Positions 53,858 to 64,000 of a DNA stretch of 64,000 nucleotides are shown in pieces (the first letter of the stretch is position 1; each line of letters opens with the position of its first letter). The position numbers and the translations under genes were made by a program. Below the pieces are notes generated by a model, which made no database searches, was not told the origin of the DNA, and saw nothing but the letters and a program-made list of their open reading frames with translations. Origin of the DNA: an uncultured Solirubrobacterales bacterium (GTDB taxonomy: Bacteria; Actinomycetota; Thermoleophilia; Solirubrobacterales; Solirubrobacteraceae); NCBI GenBank assembly GCA_963744525.1, contig CAVUTV010000015.1, forward strand, positions 16,624 to 80,623, written 5' to 3'.

Positions 53858-55522
53858 ATGAGCGTGACGAGCACAGCCGGTGTTGAGCCGCAGCTGACCG
53901 TCGGCGCGCCGGTGAGAGCCCGCGGGGCGCGCCTGGCCGGCGCGCCCAGATCGACGCTCAGGCTGGCCGCGCTCACCCTGGCCATCGGGCTGATCATCAC
54001 GGGCGTCCTGACCGGGCTCTCACGCACGGTCTACGTGCACAACGAACTTCGTCTGCTCCGCCTGCGTGTCCACGATGCGGCGGCGCTGGTCACCACCGCG
54101 CTGACCGGTGTGCAGACGCCGATGGCCTCGGTCGCCGAACTGGCCGATGCCACGGGCGGCTCGGCTGCCAAGTTCCGCGCCTTTGCCGCCCCTTACGCCG
54201 GACCCCGGGGGGAATTCGCGTCGCTGTCGATCTGGGACCTGCGCGATCCCGGCCGCGGTCCGATCGCGGTGGCGGGCGTGGCGCCGCAGCTGATGCACGA
54301 CCCGGGCGCGATCAACGGCTTCTTCGCCCAGGTCGGACATTCGATCAAGCTCAGCGTGATCGGCTTGCTCTCCTCCTCGCAACCGCGGCTGGGCTACGGC
54401 TATTCCACGCCGGGCCCCAGCCACTACGTCGCCTACGCCGAGGCCGCCCTGCCGCGCAACCGCTACTCGCCCGTCCAGAAGGGCTCGCCGTTCGCCGGGA
54501 TGCGTTATGCGCTCTACCTGCAGCGGGCCGAGCCGTCGAAGCTCCTGGCCACCGACGTGCACAATCTGCCGCTCAGCGGCGTGACCCAACGCGTCCCGTT
54601 CGGCGACAGCGCCTTCGTGCTGACGATGGCGGCTTCCGGCCCACTCAGCGGAACGCTGCCCCGGGCGCTCCCCTGGATCATCGCGATCGGAGGTTTGCTC
54701 CTGTCCCTGGCCGCCGCAGCCGCAGTCCTGCGCCTGGCTCAAGGGCGGCTCGGAGCCGAGGCTCTGGCCGGCGAGCTGGAGACCGTCGCCCGAGAGAACC
54801 GCCGGCTCTACGCCGAGCAACGAGGCATCGCCCAGACCCTGCAACACGCGTTGTTACCCGACGTCCTCCCCCAGGTAGCCGGCGTCCAGGCCGCTGGTCA
54901 GTACGAGGCCGGCGAGAGCAGCATCGATATCGGCGGCGACTGGTATGACGTGGTGGCGCTGGAGGACGGAAGTCTGCTGCTCGTGGTCGGCGACGTGTCA
55001 GGCCGTGGGCTGACCGCCGCCACGACGATGGCCTCGCTCCGCTTTGCGATTCACGCCTACGCGGCTGAGGAACGCCGCCCCGAGCGCATCTTGGAGAAGC
55101 TCTCGGGCGTGCTGAGCCTGACGAGCAGTCGTCAGCTGGCGACGGCCCTGTGCGCACGCATCGAGCCGGACTCGCGGCGGGTCACGGTGGCAAGCGCGGG
55201 CCATCTCCCGCCACTCGTGCTGAGCGGACATGAAACGCACTACCTGGACCCTCCCGTGGGGGTGCCGATCGGTGTGGATGGCGCTCCGCGCTACAGCGCG
55301 GTAACCGTGGAGTTGCCCCCGCACGCGACTTTGCTGGCGTTCACGGACGGTCTGGTGGAGCGCCGGGGCGAGCGACTGGACGTCGGGTTGGAGCGGCTGC
55401 GCCAGGCTGCGCTGGGCATGGAGGCTACGCTTCCGGAGTTGCTCAGTAAGCTCGTCGCCGAGCTTTCGGCTGGCGAGGCCAAGGATGACATCGCGATCGT
55501 AGGACTCCGGTGGACGAACTAG
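53858..55522 (+). CDS. Membrane PP2C/SpoIIE (RsbU-like) phosphatase
   Basis: Two TMs around an extracytoplasmic domain; LQHALLP, IGGDWYD, VGDVSGRG, AGHLPP, FTDGLVE, DDIAIV. Confidence 0.93.
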   Translation: MSVTSTAGVEPQLTVGAPVRARGARLAGAPRSTLRLAALTLAIGLIITGVLTGLSRTVYVHNELRLLRLRVHDAAALVTTALTGVQTPMASVAELADATGGSAAKFRAFAAPYAGPRGEFASLSIWDLRDPGRGPIAVAGVAPQLMHDPGAINGFFAQVGHSIKLSVIGLLSSSQPRLGYGYSTPGPSHYVAYAEAALPRNRYSPVQKGSPFAGMRYALYLQRAEPSKLLATDVHNLPLSGVTQRVPFGDSAFVLTMAASGPLSGTLPRALPWIIAIGGLLLSLAAAAAVLRLAQGRLGAEALAGELETVARENRRLYAEQRGIAQTLQHALLPDVLPQVAGVQAAGQYEAGESSIDIGGDWYDVVALEDGSLLLVVGDVSGRGLTAATTMASLRFAIHAYAAEERRPERILEKLSGVLSLTSSRQLATALCARIEPDSRRVTVASAGHLPPLVLSGHETHYLDPPVGVPIGVDGAPRYSAVTVELPPHATLLAFTDGLVERRGERLDVGLERLRQAALGMEATLPELLSKLVAELSAGEAKDDIAIVGLRWTN

Positions 55523-55833
55523 AGGTCGATTCGCTGCTCACCCTCGAGGTGACAGCCCCAGCCGAGGCAACGCTCAGCATCCGGCTGACCGGCGAGCTCG
55601 ACCTGAGCAATGTGGAGCGCGTCGAGGCCGAGGTGGCTCCGGCCCTGGCGCGGCACCCCAAGCACGTGATCATCGAAGCCGGCGGACTTGACTTCGCCGA
55701 CAGCTCGGCCATCGCTCTATGGCTGCGCTGGGCGGGAGAGGTCGACCGGTTCGAGCTGCGCGACCTATCTCCGTTGTTGCGGAGGGTGCTGGCGGCGATG
55801 GGTCTGGAGGATCGCATGGAGCTGAGCTCGTGA
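55510..55833 (+). CDS. STAS domain anti-sigma factor antagonist (RsbV-like)
   Basis: LTGELDL, LDFADSSAI. Confidence 0.88.
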   Translation: MDELEVDSLLTLEVTAPAEATLSIRLTGELDLSNVERVEAEVAPALARHPKHVIIEAGGLDFADSSAIALWLRWAGEVDRFELRDLSPLLRRVLAAMGLEDRMELSS

Positions 55834-56258
55834 AGCAGACACGTACGTTTGCCGCCGAGCCCCGGTCCGTCGGCGCCGCGCGCCGTTTCGCAGCCGGCAT
55901 GGTCAGCAGCGAACCCAGCGAGCTGCGTGAGACGGTCGAGCTGATGGTTTCCGAGCTGGCCACCAACTGCATTCGCCACGTCAACGCAAGCTTCGAGGTG
56001 AGCGTCGAGCACACCGGCGATTCCTTCCACGTCGAAGTGCGGGACGAGGGTGGCGGTCGTCCGGCGATGCGTTCACCCTCGCCGGAGGACGTCAGTGGCC
56101 GGGGTCTGCGCATCGTCGATCTGCTGGCTGCACGCTGGGGTGTTCGCTACGACGCCAACGCCGGCAAGACGGTGTGGTTCACGTTGACGGCCCCGGCCGC
56201 GGCGACGACGGAGCCCACCGAAGCGGGATCCGGCGAGCAGGTCAGCTCGCCGGCCTGA
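55830..56258 (+). CDS. RsbW-like anti-sigma factor / ATP-binding protein
   Basis: SVGAARRF, VSELATNCIRH, VEVRDEG, SGRGL.IV, WGV...GKTVWF. Confidence 0.9.
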   Translation: MKQTRTFAAEPRSVGAARRFAAGMVSSEPSELRETVELMVSELATNCIRHVNASFEVSVEHTGDSFHVEVRDEGGGRPAMRSPSPEDVSGRGLRIVDLLAARWGVRYDANAGKTVWFTLTAPAAATTEPTEAGSGEQVSSPA

Positions 56259-56287
56259 TCCCCGGCTGATCGCGGGCGCCTGCCGGC

Positions 56288-57028
56288 TCAGGCCGCGGCT
56301 CGGCGCTGCCGGGCACGGTCGCGCCGCGCGCGTTTAGCGGCGAACAGGCGCTCGTCGGCCACGCGCATCAGCTCGTCCACGGTGTGGCCGTCCTGGGGGA
56401 ACAGGGCGATCCCGACGCTGGCTCGCAGCGCCTCGACTCCGGCGCTGGCGTGCGCCACGGCGCGGGTGATTCGGGTGGCCAGGTGGGCTGTACCGGCCCG
56501 GTCGGTCTCCGGCGCCAGAACGCAGAACTCATCTCCGCCCAGCCGAGCGACCGTATCCTGCGCACGCAGGACGACGAGGAGGGCGTCGGCCACATCGCAC
56601 AGCAGCTCATCGCCGGCGTCGTGGCCGAAGCGGTCGTTGAGCGCTTTGAATCCGTCCAGATCGATCATCACCAGAGCGAAGCTTCGGCGATCCCGGAGGT
56701 GGCGAACGATCTCGTAGTTGGCTCGGGCCAGCAGCGAGCGCCGGTTGTCCAATCCGGTCAGCGGATCGCTGAGCGCCGCGGCCAGCAGCTCGGCACGCTC
56801 GCGCTGCGCACCGAGGCGCTCGAGCCGGACCGCGGCCACGGCCAGCATCGGCGTCAACATCACCAGCCAGACAACGTGACCGCGGGTGAGCAGGACGAGC
56901 GCCACAGTGGCCGCCGCCACCAGCACGTAGCGAAGCAGAGCCCAGCCCCGGGGAGCAGAACGGCGAGACGGCCTCGCTGAGGGTAAGGCTCGTAAATGTC
57001 GACGGGGATGGCGACGCATTGCGCCCAC
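56288..57028 (-). CDS. Membrane diguanylate cyclase (GGDEF)
   Basis: DPLTGL.NRR, DLDGFKALND.FGH.AGD, RxxD I-site (RAQD), ARLGGDEF. Confidence 0.92.
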   Translation of the reverse strand: MGAMRRHPRRHLRALPSARPSRRSAPRGWALLRYVLVAAATVALVLLTRGHVVWLVMLTPMLAVAAVRLERLGAQRERAELLAAALSDPLTGLDNRRSLLARANYEIVRHLRDRRSFALVMIDLDGFKALNDRFGHDAGDELLCDVADALLVVLRAQDTVARLGGDEFCVLAPETDRAGTAHLATRITRAVAHASAGVEALRASVGIALFPQDGHTVDELMRVADERLFAAKRARRDRARQRRAAA

Positions 57029-57085
57029 AGGATTAGTTTCGCCGCGGCGGCGGACGAGTCCTGGCCCGTCTGGGGTTTCAGTCAG

Positions 57086-57517
57086 TCAGCCCGACTGGTC
57101 CGACTGGTCCGACTGGTCCAGCGGCTGAGGGGCGTCGCCGACGTCGGGCATCTGGGATGCGTACGAGTCCGGGTTGTCCTCGGCAGGCTGGTCACCACGA
57201 CTGACGGCGTAGTAGTCGCTCAGTTGCCCCACGTCCTCCTCCGAGAGCTCATCCTCAGATTGCACTTCTGGAGCGTCGAGCAGGTGCTGCTTGGTGTAGG
57301 GAATGCGAACCTGTCCATCCTCCTCCTTCAGGCGCGCGATCGGCACCAGAACCACCTCTCGGCCGATCATGCCGGTCGACACCTTGACGGCCACCCAACT
57401 CGGGCGTCCCTCGCCGCCGCCGCCGTAGAGCTGCTTGACCGATCCGATCTGCGCACCAACCAGGTCGTAGACGTCCTTGCCCGTGAGCTCCTCCGGGTTC
57501 TCGATCGGAGCTGCCAT
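57086..57517 (-). CDS. PRC-barrel domain protein
   Basis: G.DVYD..G.QIGSV..LY...G.PSWVAV..G..G...VLVP; C-terminal 9-bp tandem repeats encoding (DQS)3. Confidence 0.88.
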   Translation of the reverse strand: MAAPIENPEELTGKDVYDLVGAQIGSVKQLYGGGGEGRPSWVAVKVSTGMIGREVVLVPIARLKEEDGQVRIPYTKQHLLDAPEVQSEDELSEEDVGQLSDYYAVSRGDQPAEDNPDSYASQMPDVGDAPQPLDQSDQSDQSG

Positions 57518-57598
57518 CTCACTACTCCTCTCCTCAGCGGTGGCAGCCGGAGTGGCCGGTGCCTCGTAGGTCGAGCCTACCCGGCTGAGGGATTCCGA

Positions 57599-58345
57599 TC
57601 AGCCCCGCGCGAGTAGCTGAAGCGATGCCAGCGCCTCACCGTCGGTGTCAGTCAACCAGCGTCTGCTGCCACTGGCCAGGAATCGTTTGTCCCCGGGTTG
57701 AGCCGCGTTGCGGAATTCGATCTCGACATCGATGCATCCGGGATCGGGGCCGGCCAGCAGTTCCTCCTCGAGGGGCTGCCAATAGGCCGAGTTGTTGACG
57801 TGATCGGCCAGATCGCAATCGGTGGCCCGGAAGTGCCAGGAGCGTTGCTCGGCGTCCTCGGGCGGAGACGGATGGCGCAGGCGGGCCGAGATCCGGCGGT
57901 CGTGGCCCAGCGCCCCGTAGGTATCCAGCTCGCGCGCGGTGAGCGGCGTAGGACGGCGCAGCTCAGGGTCCAGGTGGACCCACAACGCCACCGCCTCCAC
58001 CGCCGGAGCGTCCGATCCCAGCGGCGTCACCGTCGTGCGACGCTCGGCCCACATCCGTCCGATGCCGCTGGCGAAAGTGATGACGCGGCATCGATCCCCG
58101 AAGCGAGGGAAGCGCTCAACCCGGATCCGCATGCGCCGCACGACCCACACGGCGGCCGCCTCCAGCCCAGCGTCCTCGACGTCCGCGTAGGCCACATCCT
58201 GCAGCCACCGGGCCAGCGCATCCAAACGGATCCGCCCCGAGGGAGCGCAGTCGCCCAGTCCGGGGCGCATCGTCTGCTCAAACACCCGACCCCCGGCAGG
58301 CGGGGGCATCAGTTCCTGGCCGCGCGCAGCATCCATCGCCAGCAA
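57599..58345 (-). CDS. Acyl-ACP thioesterase
   Basis: GD.APSGR.RLD.LARWLQD, WVVRR, R.TD.DL.DHVNNS.YW. Confidence 0.88.
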   Translation of the reverse strand: MLAMDAARGQELMPPPAGGRVFEQTMRPGLGDCAPSGRIRLDALARWLQDVAYADVEDAGLEAAAVWVVRRMRIRVERFPRFGDRCRVITFASGIGRMWAERRTTVTPLGSDAPAVEAVALWVHLDPELRRPTPLTARELDTYGALGHDRRISARLRHPSPPEDAEQRSWHFRATDCDLADHVNNSAYWQPLEEELLAGPDPGCIDVEIEFRNAAQPGDKRFLASGSRRWLTDTDGEALASLQLLARG

Positions 58346-58395
58346 TCTACGGCCCGGGGCCGCGATGGTTTCAGCAAGCGGCTCCGATCTGGAGC

Positions 58396-59499
58396 TCAGG
58401 AGGTGCTGAATACGGGCGCCGGCTGCTTCAGACGCCTTCCGAACACCATGGCCACGATCGCCAGGAACCCGACGCTGACCACGACCGGCCCGGCGATGCC
58501 GCCTCCGAACAGCTGCTCCAACTCATAGACAGCGGCACTGAGCAGTGCGGCGGCGGGAAGGGTGAGCAACCACGCCCGAACGATCTCCCCGGCCACCCCC
58601 CAGCGCACCGCCGACACTCGCTTGGCCGCCCCGGCGCCCATCACCGCGCCGGAGGTGACGTGCGTGGTCGACAGGGGGTAACCAACACTTGATGCCGCCA
58701 GGATGACTGCGGCCCCGGCTCCCTGCGCGGCGAATCCCTGCGCCGGATCCATCTTGATGATGCGCGTGCCCATCGTCTTGATGATGCGCCAACCGCCGCT
58801 GAACGTGCCAAGGCCGATGGCACTAGCGGACGCGATCACCACCCACAGCGGAACGTAAAAGTGCTGTGGCGAGATGTCACCGTGGGCGACCAGCGCCAGC
58901 GTGATCACCCCCATCGTTTTCTGAGCGTCGTTGGTCCCGTGTGACAGGGCCAGCGCCCCGCCGCTGAAGAGCTGGGCCACGCGGAAGCCCCGGCTAACCG
59001 GGCTCGGGCGCATGCGGGCGAAGATCCGGTAGATGACGAGGATCGCGGCACCAGCGACGAGGAAGGCCAGGACCGGGGCGATCAGCGCCGGCAGAATCAG
59101 CTTGTCGAACAGCCCACTCGCCGACACCGCGGCCACGCCCGTCGAGGCCAGGACTGCGCCCACCAGGCCACCGATCAGTGCATGCGAGGAACTCGACGGG
59201 AGGCCGTAGTACCAGGTGATCAGGTTCCAGGAGATCGCTCCGACCAATCCAGCGAATACCACCGACCCGGTCACGGCACCGGTGGAGACGAACCCCTTGC
59301 CCACGGTGGTGGCCACCTTGAGTGACAGGAACGCGCCGACGAAGTTCAGCGCCGCCGCGCCGGCCACAGCCGACCGCGGCGGCAATGCCCGGGTCGAGAT
59401 CGCAGTCGCCACCGCGGTGGCCGTATCGTGGAAGCCGTTGGTGAAGTCGAACACGAGTGCCGTGACGACCACGATGATCAGAATCAGCTCGGAGCTCAT
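58396..59499 (-). CDS. PiT family inorganic phosphate transporter
   Basis: FDFTNGFHD, GLPSSSSHALIG, SHGTNDAQKTMG, GGWRII.TMG, PLSTTH. Confidence 0.95.
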   Translation of the reverse strand: MSSELILIIVVVTALVFDFTNGFHDTATAVATAISTRALPPRSAVAGAAALNFVGAFLSLKVATTVGKGFVSTGAVTGSVVFAGLVGAISWNLITWYYGLPSSSSHALIGGLVGAVLASTGVAAVSASGLFDKLILPALIAPVLAFLVAGAAILVIYRIFARMRPSPVSRGFRVAQLFSGGALALSHGTNDAQKTMGVITLALVAHGDISPQHFYVPLWVVIASASAIGLGTFSGGWRIIKTMGTRIIKMDPAQGFAAQGAGAAVILAASSVGYPLSTTHVTSGAVMGAGAAKRVSAVRWGVAGEIVRAWLLTLPAAALLSAAVYELEQLFGGGIAGPVVVSVGFLAIVAMVFGRRLKQPAPVFSTS

Positions 59500-59779
59500 A
59501 GGAAATCGAGGTGGTGGCGGCGTGGACTGGCCCGCCTGCCCTAGTGGCCCGGGCCGCCTGCGGGCCCGGACGGGACCCCTTCGGGACATGACCGCAGCCG
59601 AGCACACTACAATGACGCCCTGCGCGGCTCGATCCGCGGACCGGTTCTCCGATCCCGCCTGCCGCTACCGGCGAGCAACCGCCGCCGGAGGTCGTACCAT
59701 TACGTGGTTCGACGGGTCTGCTTCGGGCGCGTTGGTGGCGAGCCCCTAGCCCTAACACAACCGACACTCTGGAGTACTT

Positions 59780-60979
59780 GTGCGCATCTTGATCCTCGGT
59801 GGAGACGGCTTCTGTGGATGGCCGACGTCCCTGTACCTGTCCGCTTGCGGCCACGACGTGGCAATCGTGGACAACCTGGCTCGGCGCAACGCCGACAATG
59901 AGCTCGAGGCCGACTCACTCACCCCGATCAAGCCAATCGGCACTCGCCTGGCCGCATGGCGCGAGATCACCGGCCGGGAGATTCCCTTCTACCGCTTCAA
60001 CGTGGCGGAGAACTACCGGGTCATGCTCGACCTGATCAAGGACTACGAGCCCGATGCGATCGTGCACTTCGCCGAGCAGCGCGCGGCGCCGTACTCCATG
60101 AAGAGCTCGTGGCACAAGCGCTACACCGTCTTCAACAACGTCAACGCGACGCACAACCTTCTCGCCGCCCTGGTCGAGTCCGGGGTCAACTCGCACATCG
60201 TCCACCTCGGCACGATGGGCGTGTACGGCTACGGGACCGCCGGTATCAAGATCCCCGAGGGCTACCTCGAGGTGAAGATCGACACCGACACGGGCGAGCA
60301 GATCAGGCAGGAGATCCTGTACCCGGCCAACCCCGGCAGCATCTACCACATGACCAAGACCCAGGATCAGCTGCTGTTCTCGTTCTACAACAAGAACGAC
60401 GGCACCCGGGTCACCGACCTGCACCAGGGCATCGTGTGGGGTACCCAGACCGCCGAGACACGCCTCGACGACCGGCTCATCAACCGTTTCGATTACGACG
60501 GTGATTACGGAACGGTCCTCAACCGCTTCCTCATGCAGGCCGCTGTCGGCTATCCGCTGACCGTTCATGGAACCGGCGGACAGACGCGCGCTTTCATCCA
60601 CATCCAGGACACCGTGCGGTGCATCCAGCTGGCCGTCGAGAACCCGCCCGAGGCGGGAGAGCGCGTCCAGGTCTTCAACCAGATGACCGAGACCCACCGG
60701 GTCCGTGATCTGGCCAAGCTCGTCGCGGAGCTCACCCACGCGGAGATCGACTACGTCGACAATCCGCGCAAGGAGGCCGCCGAGAACGATCTGTTCGTGG
60801 CCAACGATCACCTGCTGGAGCTGGGACTGCAGCCGATCACGCTGAAGGACGATCTGCTCACCGAGGTGACCGAGATCGCCACCCGGTATCGCGACCGCTG
60901 CGACACCTCCAAGATCCCCTGCGTCTCCAAGTGGGTTCAGACGACCCCGGAGCGCGAGGCGGCCGCGCCAACCGCTTAG
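59780..60979 (+). CDS. sqdB: UDP-sulfoquinovose synthase
   Basis: [64 protein letters not shown]. Confidence 0.95.
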   Translation: MRILILGGDGFCGWPTSLYLSACGHDVAIVDNLARRNADNELEADSLTPIKPIGTRLAAWREITGREIPFYRFNVAENYRVMLDLIKDYEPDAIVHFAEQRAAPYSMKSSWHKRYTVFNNVNATHNLLAALVESGVNSHIVHLGTMGVYGYGTAGIKIPEGYLEVKIDTDTGEQIRQEILYPANPGSIYHMTKTQDQLLFSFYNKNDGTRVTDLHQGIVWGTQTAETRLDDRLINRFDYDGDYGTVLNRFLMQAAVGYPLTVHGTGGQTRAFIHIQDTVRCIQLAVENPPEAGERVQVFNQMTETHRVRDLAKLVAELTHAEIDYVDNPRKEAAENDLFVANDHLLELGLQPITLKDDLLTEVTEIATRYRDRCDTSKIPCVSKWVQTTPEREAAAPTA

Positions 60980-61872
60980 ACGTCGAGAGGGGCGCTCGCC
61001 GGACGGCGCGCCCCGATCGATGCCCCCACCGACGCGGCGATCACCAGCGAGATCCCGACGCCGTCACGAAAGCTCAGTGCCTGCCCGAGGACGAGGAAGC
61101 CGGCCAGCGCGGCCAGTGCCGGCTCGAGGCTCATCAGCACCCCAAACACTCGTGTGGCGATCCGGCGCAATGCTTCCAGCTCGAAGGAGTAGGGAATCGC
61201 CGAGGACAGAATCCCGACGGCAACCCCGAGCGCCAGGACCTGCGCCGAGAAGAATTTGCCGCCACCCTCCACCACGCCGACCGGGAAGGCGACCACGGTG
61301 GCCACGATCATCGCCGTGCTCAGTCCGGAACCGTCGCTGAAGGCCTGACCGAGCCGGGCATTGACGAGGATGTAGGCGCCCCAGAGCAGTCCGGCCGATA
61401 GGGCGAGGAGAACTCCGAGGAGGTTCAGGCTGTGCGCGCTGCCGTGCAGCAGCGCGATCACTCCGATCACGGCCAGGCCCGCCCACACGAGATCCAGCAC
61501 CCGCCGCGAGCCGATCACGGCCACGCCGAGCGGGCCGATGAACTCGATCGTCACCGCGATGCCCAGCGGAATACGGTCGATGGCGTGGTAGAAGGTCAGG
61601 TTCATGCCGGCCAGGATCAGGCCGAAGCCGCAAGCCAGCAGCAGATCCCGCCGCGCGACATGTCTGATGCGCGGGCGCCAGATCAGTCCGAGGACGATCG
61701 AGGCGGTGAGCAGCCGAAGGAGCACCGCACCCCCCGGCCCGATCCGGTCAAACAGGGTGGCCGCGATCGCCGAGCCGAACTGGACCGAGGCGATTCCGCC
61801 GATCACCAGCGCCGGCGACGGCGCGCGGGACAGCAGACCGACACGCGGGACGGCCGTTGGTGCGGTGGCCAT
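60976..61872 (-). CDS. EamA/RhtA-like transporter
   Basis: [40 protein letters not shown]. Confidence 0.92.
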   Translation of the reverse strand: MATAPTAVPRVGLLSRAPSPALVIGGIASVQFGSAIAATLFDRIGPGGAVLLRLLTASIVLGLIWRPRIRHVARRDLLLACGFGLILAGMNLTFYHAIDRIPLGIAVTIEFIGPLGVAVIGSRRVLDLVWAGLAVIGVIALLHGSAHSLNLLGVLLALSAGLLWGAYILVNARLGQAFSDGSGLSTAMIVATVVAFPVGVVEGGGKFFSAQVLALGVAVGILSSAIPYSFELEALRRIATRVFGVLMSLEPALAALAGFLVLGQALSFRDGVGISLVIAASVGASIGARRPASAPLDV

Positions 61873-61926
61873 GCTCCCGATGCTAGACAGCGCCGGGAAG
61901 GCCCCGGCGCTGCCCGAACCCTGCGC

Positions 61927-64000
61927 CTAGCCGAGCGCCAGAAGCAGCCGCCGCTCGCGATGGCGGCTGGAACTCAGGCTGAGGTTGGCGAGGCCCACTC
62001 CGAGCACCTTTCCGTGCCGCGTCTTGAGCAGCGCGTGGTTGCGGCCATGCGGCGCCATGTACCAGGTGTTGTACCCGAGCTTCATCGCCTGGTTGAGGTG
62101 CAGCTTCCGGCGCGCGGTGGCCACGGAGGTCCCGGATCTGACTCCGTTGATCTGGTAGCGGTGCGCCGAGGCAGCCATGAACACGATCCGCCCGTTGAGG
62201 TGGCGCCGCTGGGACTTGGGCAGGCCGCGCAACAGCTTGGGATAGCCGTAGCCGGCCCGGATGCCCTTGGGTCGCAGGCAGAAGAAGTCCTCATACCGCC
62301 GGCCGTGACTGGCGTAATGCGTCAACCGTTGACGCGCCTTGCTCCGGGTCATGCCCAGGCTGAGCCGGCCGATCGTCCCTCCGCTGAAATGACCCGTGGC
62401 CTTGCCACACCGGGGGGAGGTCTTCCCTCCCGACGAGTAGGGCGGCGGAGTGATCGTGATCTTCGGCGAGTTGACCACGAAGTCGAACGGCGTGGTCGAG
62501 TCGATCAGGTTGAACAGGTTCGTCGAGGACTGGGGGGCGTTCGAGGTGGCGCTGAACGCCGTGACGCTGTACAGGATCTCTCCGTTGGGCGGACTGCCCA
62601 CATCACCGCGCGGAACGTGCAGGGTGATCACCCCTGTCTGAGGCGCTGTACGACGCCTGCGAGGAGCTCAGCACGTGCGTCTGGGGGTACGTCAGGTACT
62701 TGGTGTGCTCGGCGGAGTTGGACGGAGGGATACCGGCGGTGTCGCCGGCGAAGAACGTCGGCGTGCTGGAGCCTCCGACACCCTGGTTGTTGTCCATGCC
62801 CGCGTAGTAGATGTGGCCGTTGCCCGTCGTGCCGGGCTTGACTTCGGTCCAGCGGATCAGCCAGCTGGCGTCCGGCCCGCCCAAGCCGCTCAGTGGTGTG
62901 AGCGTGTGGAGGTTCTTGACGTCGATCCTGGCGATCAGCGTCGAATTGGAGCCGTTTGACAGCGAGGCACCGGTCAGGTCGAGGTTGCCGGTGGTGTCCT
63001 TGGTCCGGGTGCCACCCGACGAGTAGTCGGCGTCTCCGGTCGGATCGGTAACCGAGCCGCTCGGCGATTCCCGGCCCGGCGCCCTCGGGACGACCCGACC
63101 TGAGGTCAGGCTGGGTCCGCTGATCTGCTTGCTGATCACCTCAGGTCCAGCATCCTCACCCGCCGACGAGTTGGCCGACGTGTCGAACACATAGGACACC
63201 AGCGCCGCGCCGCGGGCAGTCGGTCGACACCTGCAGGAAGTCTCCGAGGCTACGGTCCCCACCGGTGGCGCAGCCGATCCCGTTCGTGCAGATCGCGCCA
63301 TGTTTGACGGGGGCTTCGCTGACATACGACGCGCGGTAAGTCGGCCTGGAGGCCTGCGCGTTCAGGCTCTGTCCCATCTCCACGTTCCACTCGGCGTGAG
63401 TGAGACTGCTGGCCCCGTAGCAGCGTGCACGTGCCCGAACCGCTGGCGCAGGTGCCCTTCTCGCTCGTCTCCGCCGCGTGGTACCAGGCCACGTCGACGC
63501 GGCCCTTGCTACCGGCGGTGATCCAGGGGAACGTGTTGGTGCCGGTGCTGAGGCCGCTGCCCGAAATCTTCTGGGGCGTTGACCACGTGAGCTTGGCCGG
63601 ATTGCTGCCGGCGGGCTCGAGGGAGTGGACCACGTAGATCTGCTCGGCTGCGGTGAGGGCGCCGAAGTTGGCGTCGCTGCTGCTCTTGTGATCGATCGGG
63701 CCGGCCGTGAAGGTCACGTACAGATAGCCGGCCGAGTCCCGGGCGATACTGGCGAAGTTCTCGCCGGCGATCTCCTCCGGGTTGCCGCTGGAATCGACGC
63801 AGCTGCGGCTTCCGTCTGAGGTCTTGGTGCTGGTGGGGCACAGCGATCCGTCGAGGTTCGGGCTCTCGCTCCACGTGGCCGTGCTGGGCGTGCCGAGCGT
63901 GACCTTGCCCTCGGCCACGCGGACCCCGACCTCGCCGCTGGAGCCCTCCGTGCTGGTGTGGGCGATGTAGACGTTGCCTGTCCCGGGGTCAACGACCTGG
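61927..64000 (-). CDS. Large secreted protein (sialidase/BNR-like repeats plus basic C-terminal domain); start outside window, several frameshifts
   Basis: FPWITAG..GRVDVAWY, HGAICT.GI.C..GGDRSLGDFLQV, DP.GDA, C-terminal GRLSLGMTR..AR domain, over three or more ORFs. Confidence 0.7.

Noticed and set aside
57091-57119. 9-bp tandem repeat x3
   Set aside because: In-frame low-complexity (DQS)3 tail of the PRC-barrel protein; no further significance evident

Overview
High-GC actinobacterial DNA, most consistent with Thermoleophilia/Solirubrobacterales (inferred from gene content and basic secreted-protein domains; not database-checked). It looks like a long-read consensus, since many genes carry single-base indels, densest at 12.6-23.6 kb. 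The left half (1-32.6 kb, downstream of a tRNA-Val gene) is accessory. It holds small unrelated genes; a ~14 kb proteostasis/redox locus (DUF1269, alternative sigma factor, NarL-type pair, clpB-cbpM-dnaJ/cbpA-grpE-dnaK, hsp20, PCD-like, baeRF10-like release factor, UBP Zn finger, cNMP-TrxR, Zn-thioredoxin); a cyclic-dinucleotide locus (GGDEF, HD-GYP, DUF916-like and WxL-like genes behind a GEMM-I riboswitch); and a 2 kb integrase-less two-gene cassette flanked by a 43-bp tRNA-Val repeat. The right half looks more chromosomal: lipid enzymes, acid proteases (S53, G1), a heme-copper oxidase operon with a two-component system, tRNA-Glu, an ABC exporter, an Rsb-type partner-switch trio, PiT and sqdB. 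The best candidate for a new system is a motif nTTG-N17-CCTA found upstream of six transcription units of the stress locus. It resembles RpoH promoters, and the locus encodes a sigma factor with an RpoH-like region 4.2, suggesting a self-contained sigma32-like heat-shock regulon in an actinobacterium. Other highlights are an A20 (c-AMP-GMP-type) GEMM riboswitch controlling a WxL-like operon, and an A-type oxidase lacking canonical D- and K-channel residues.
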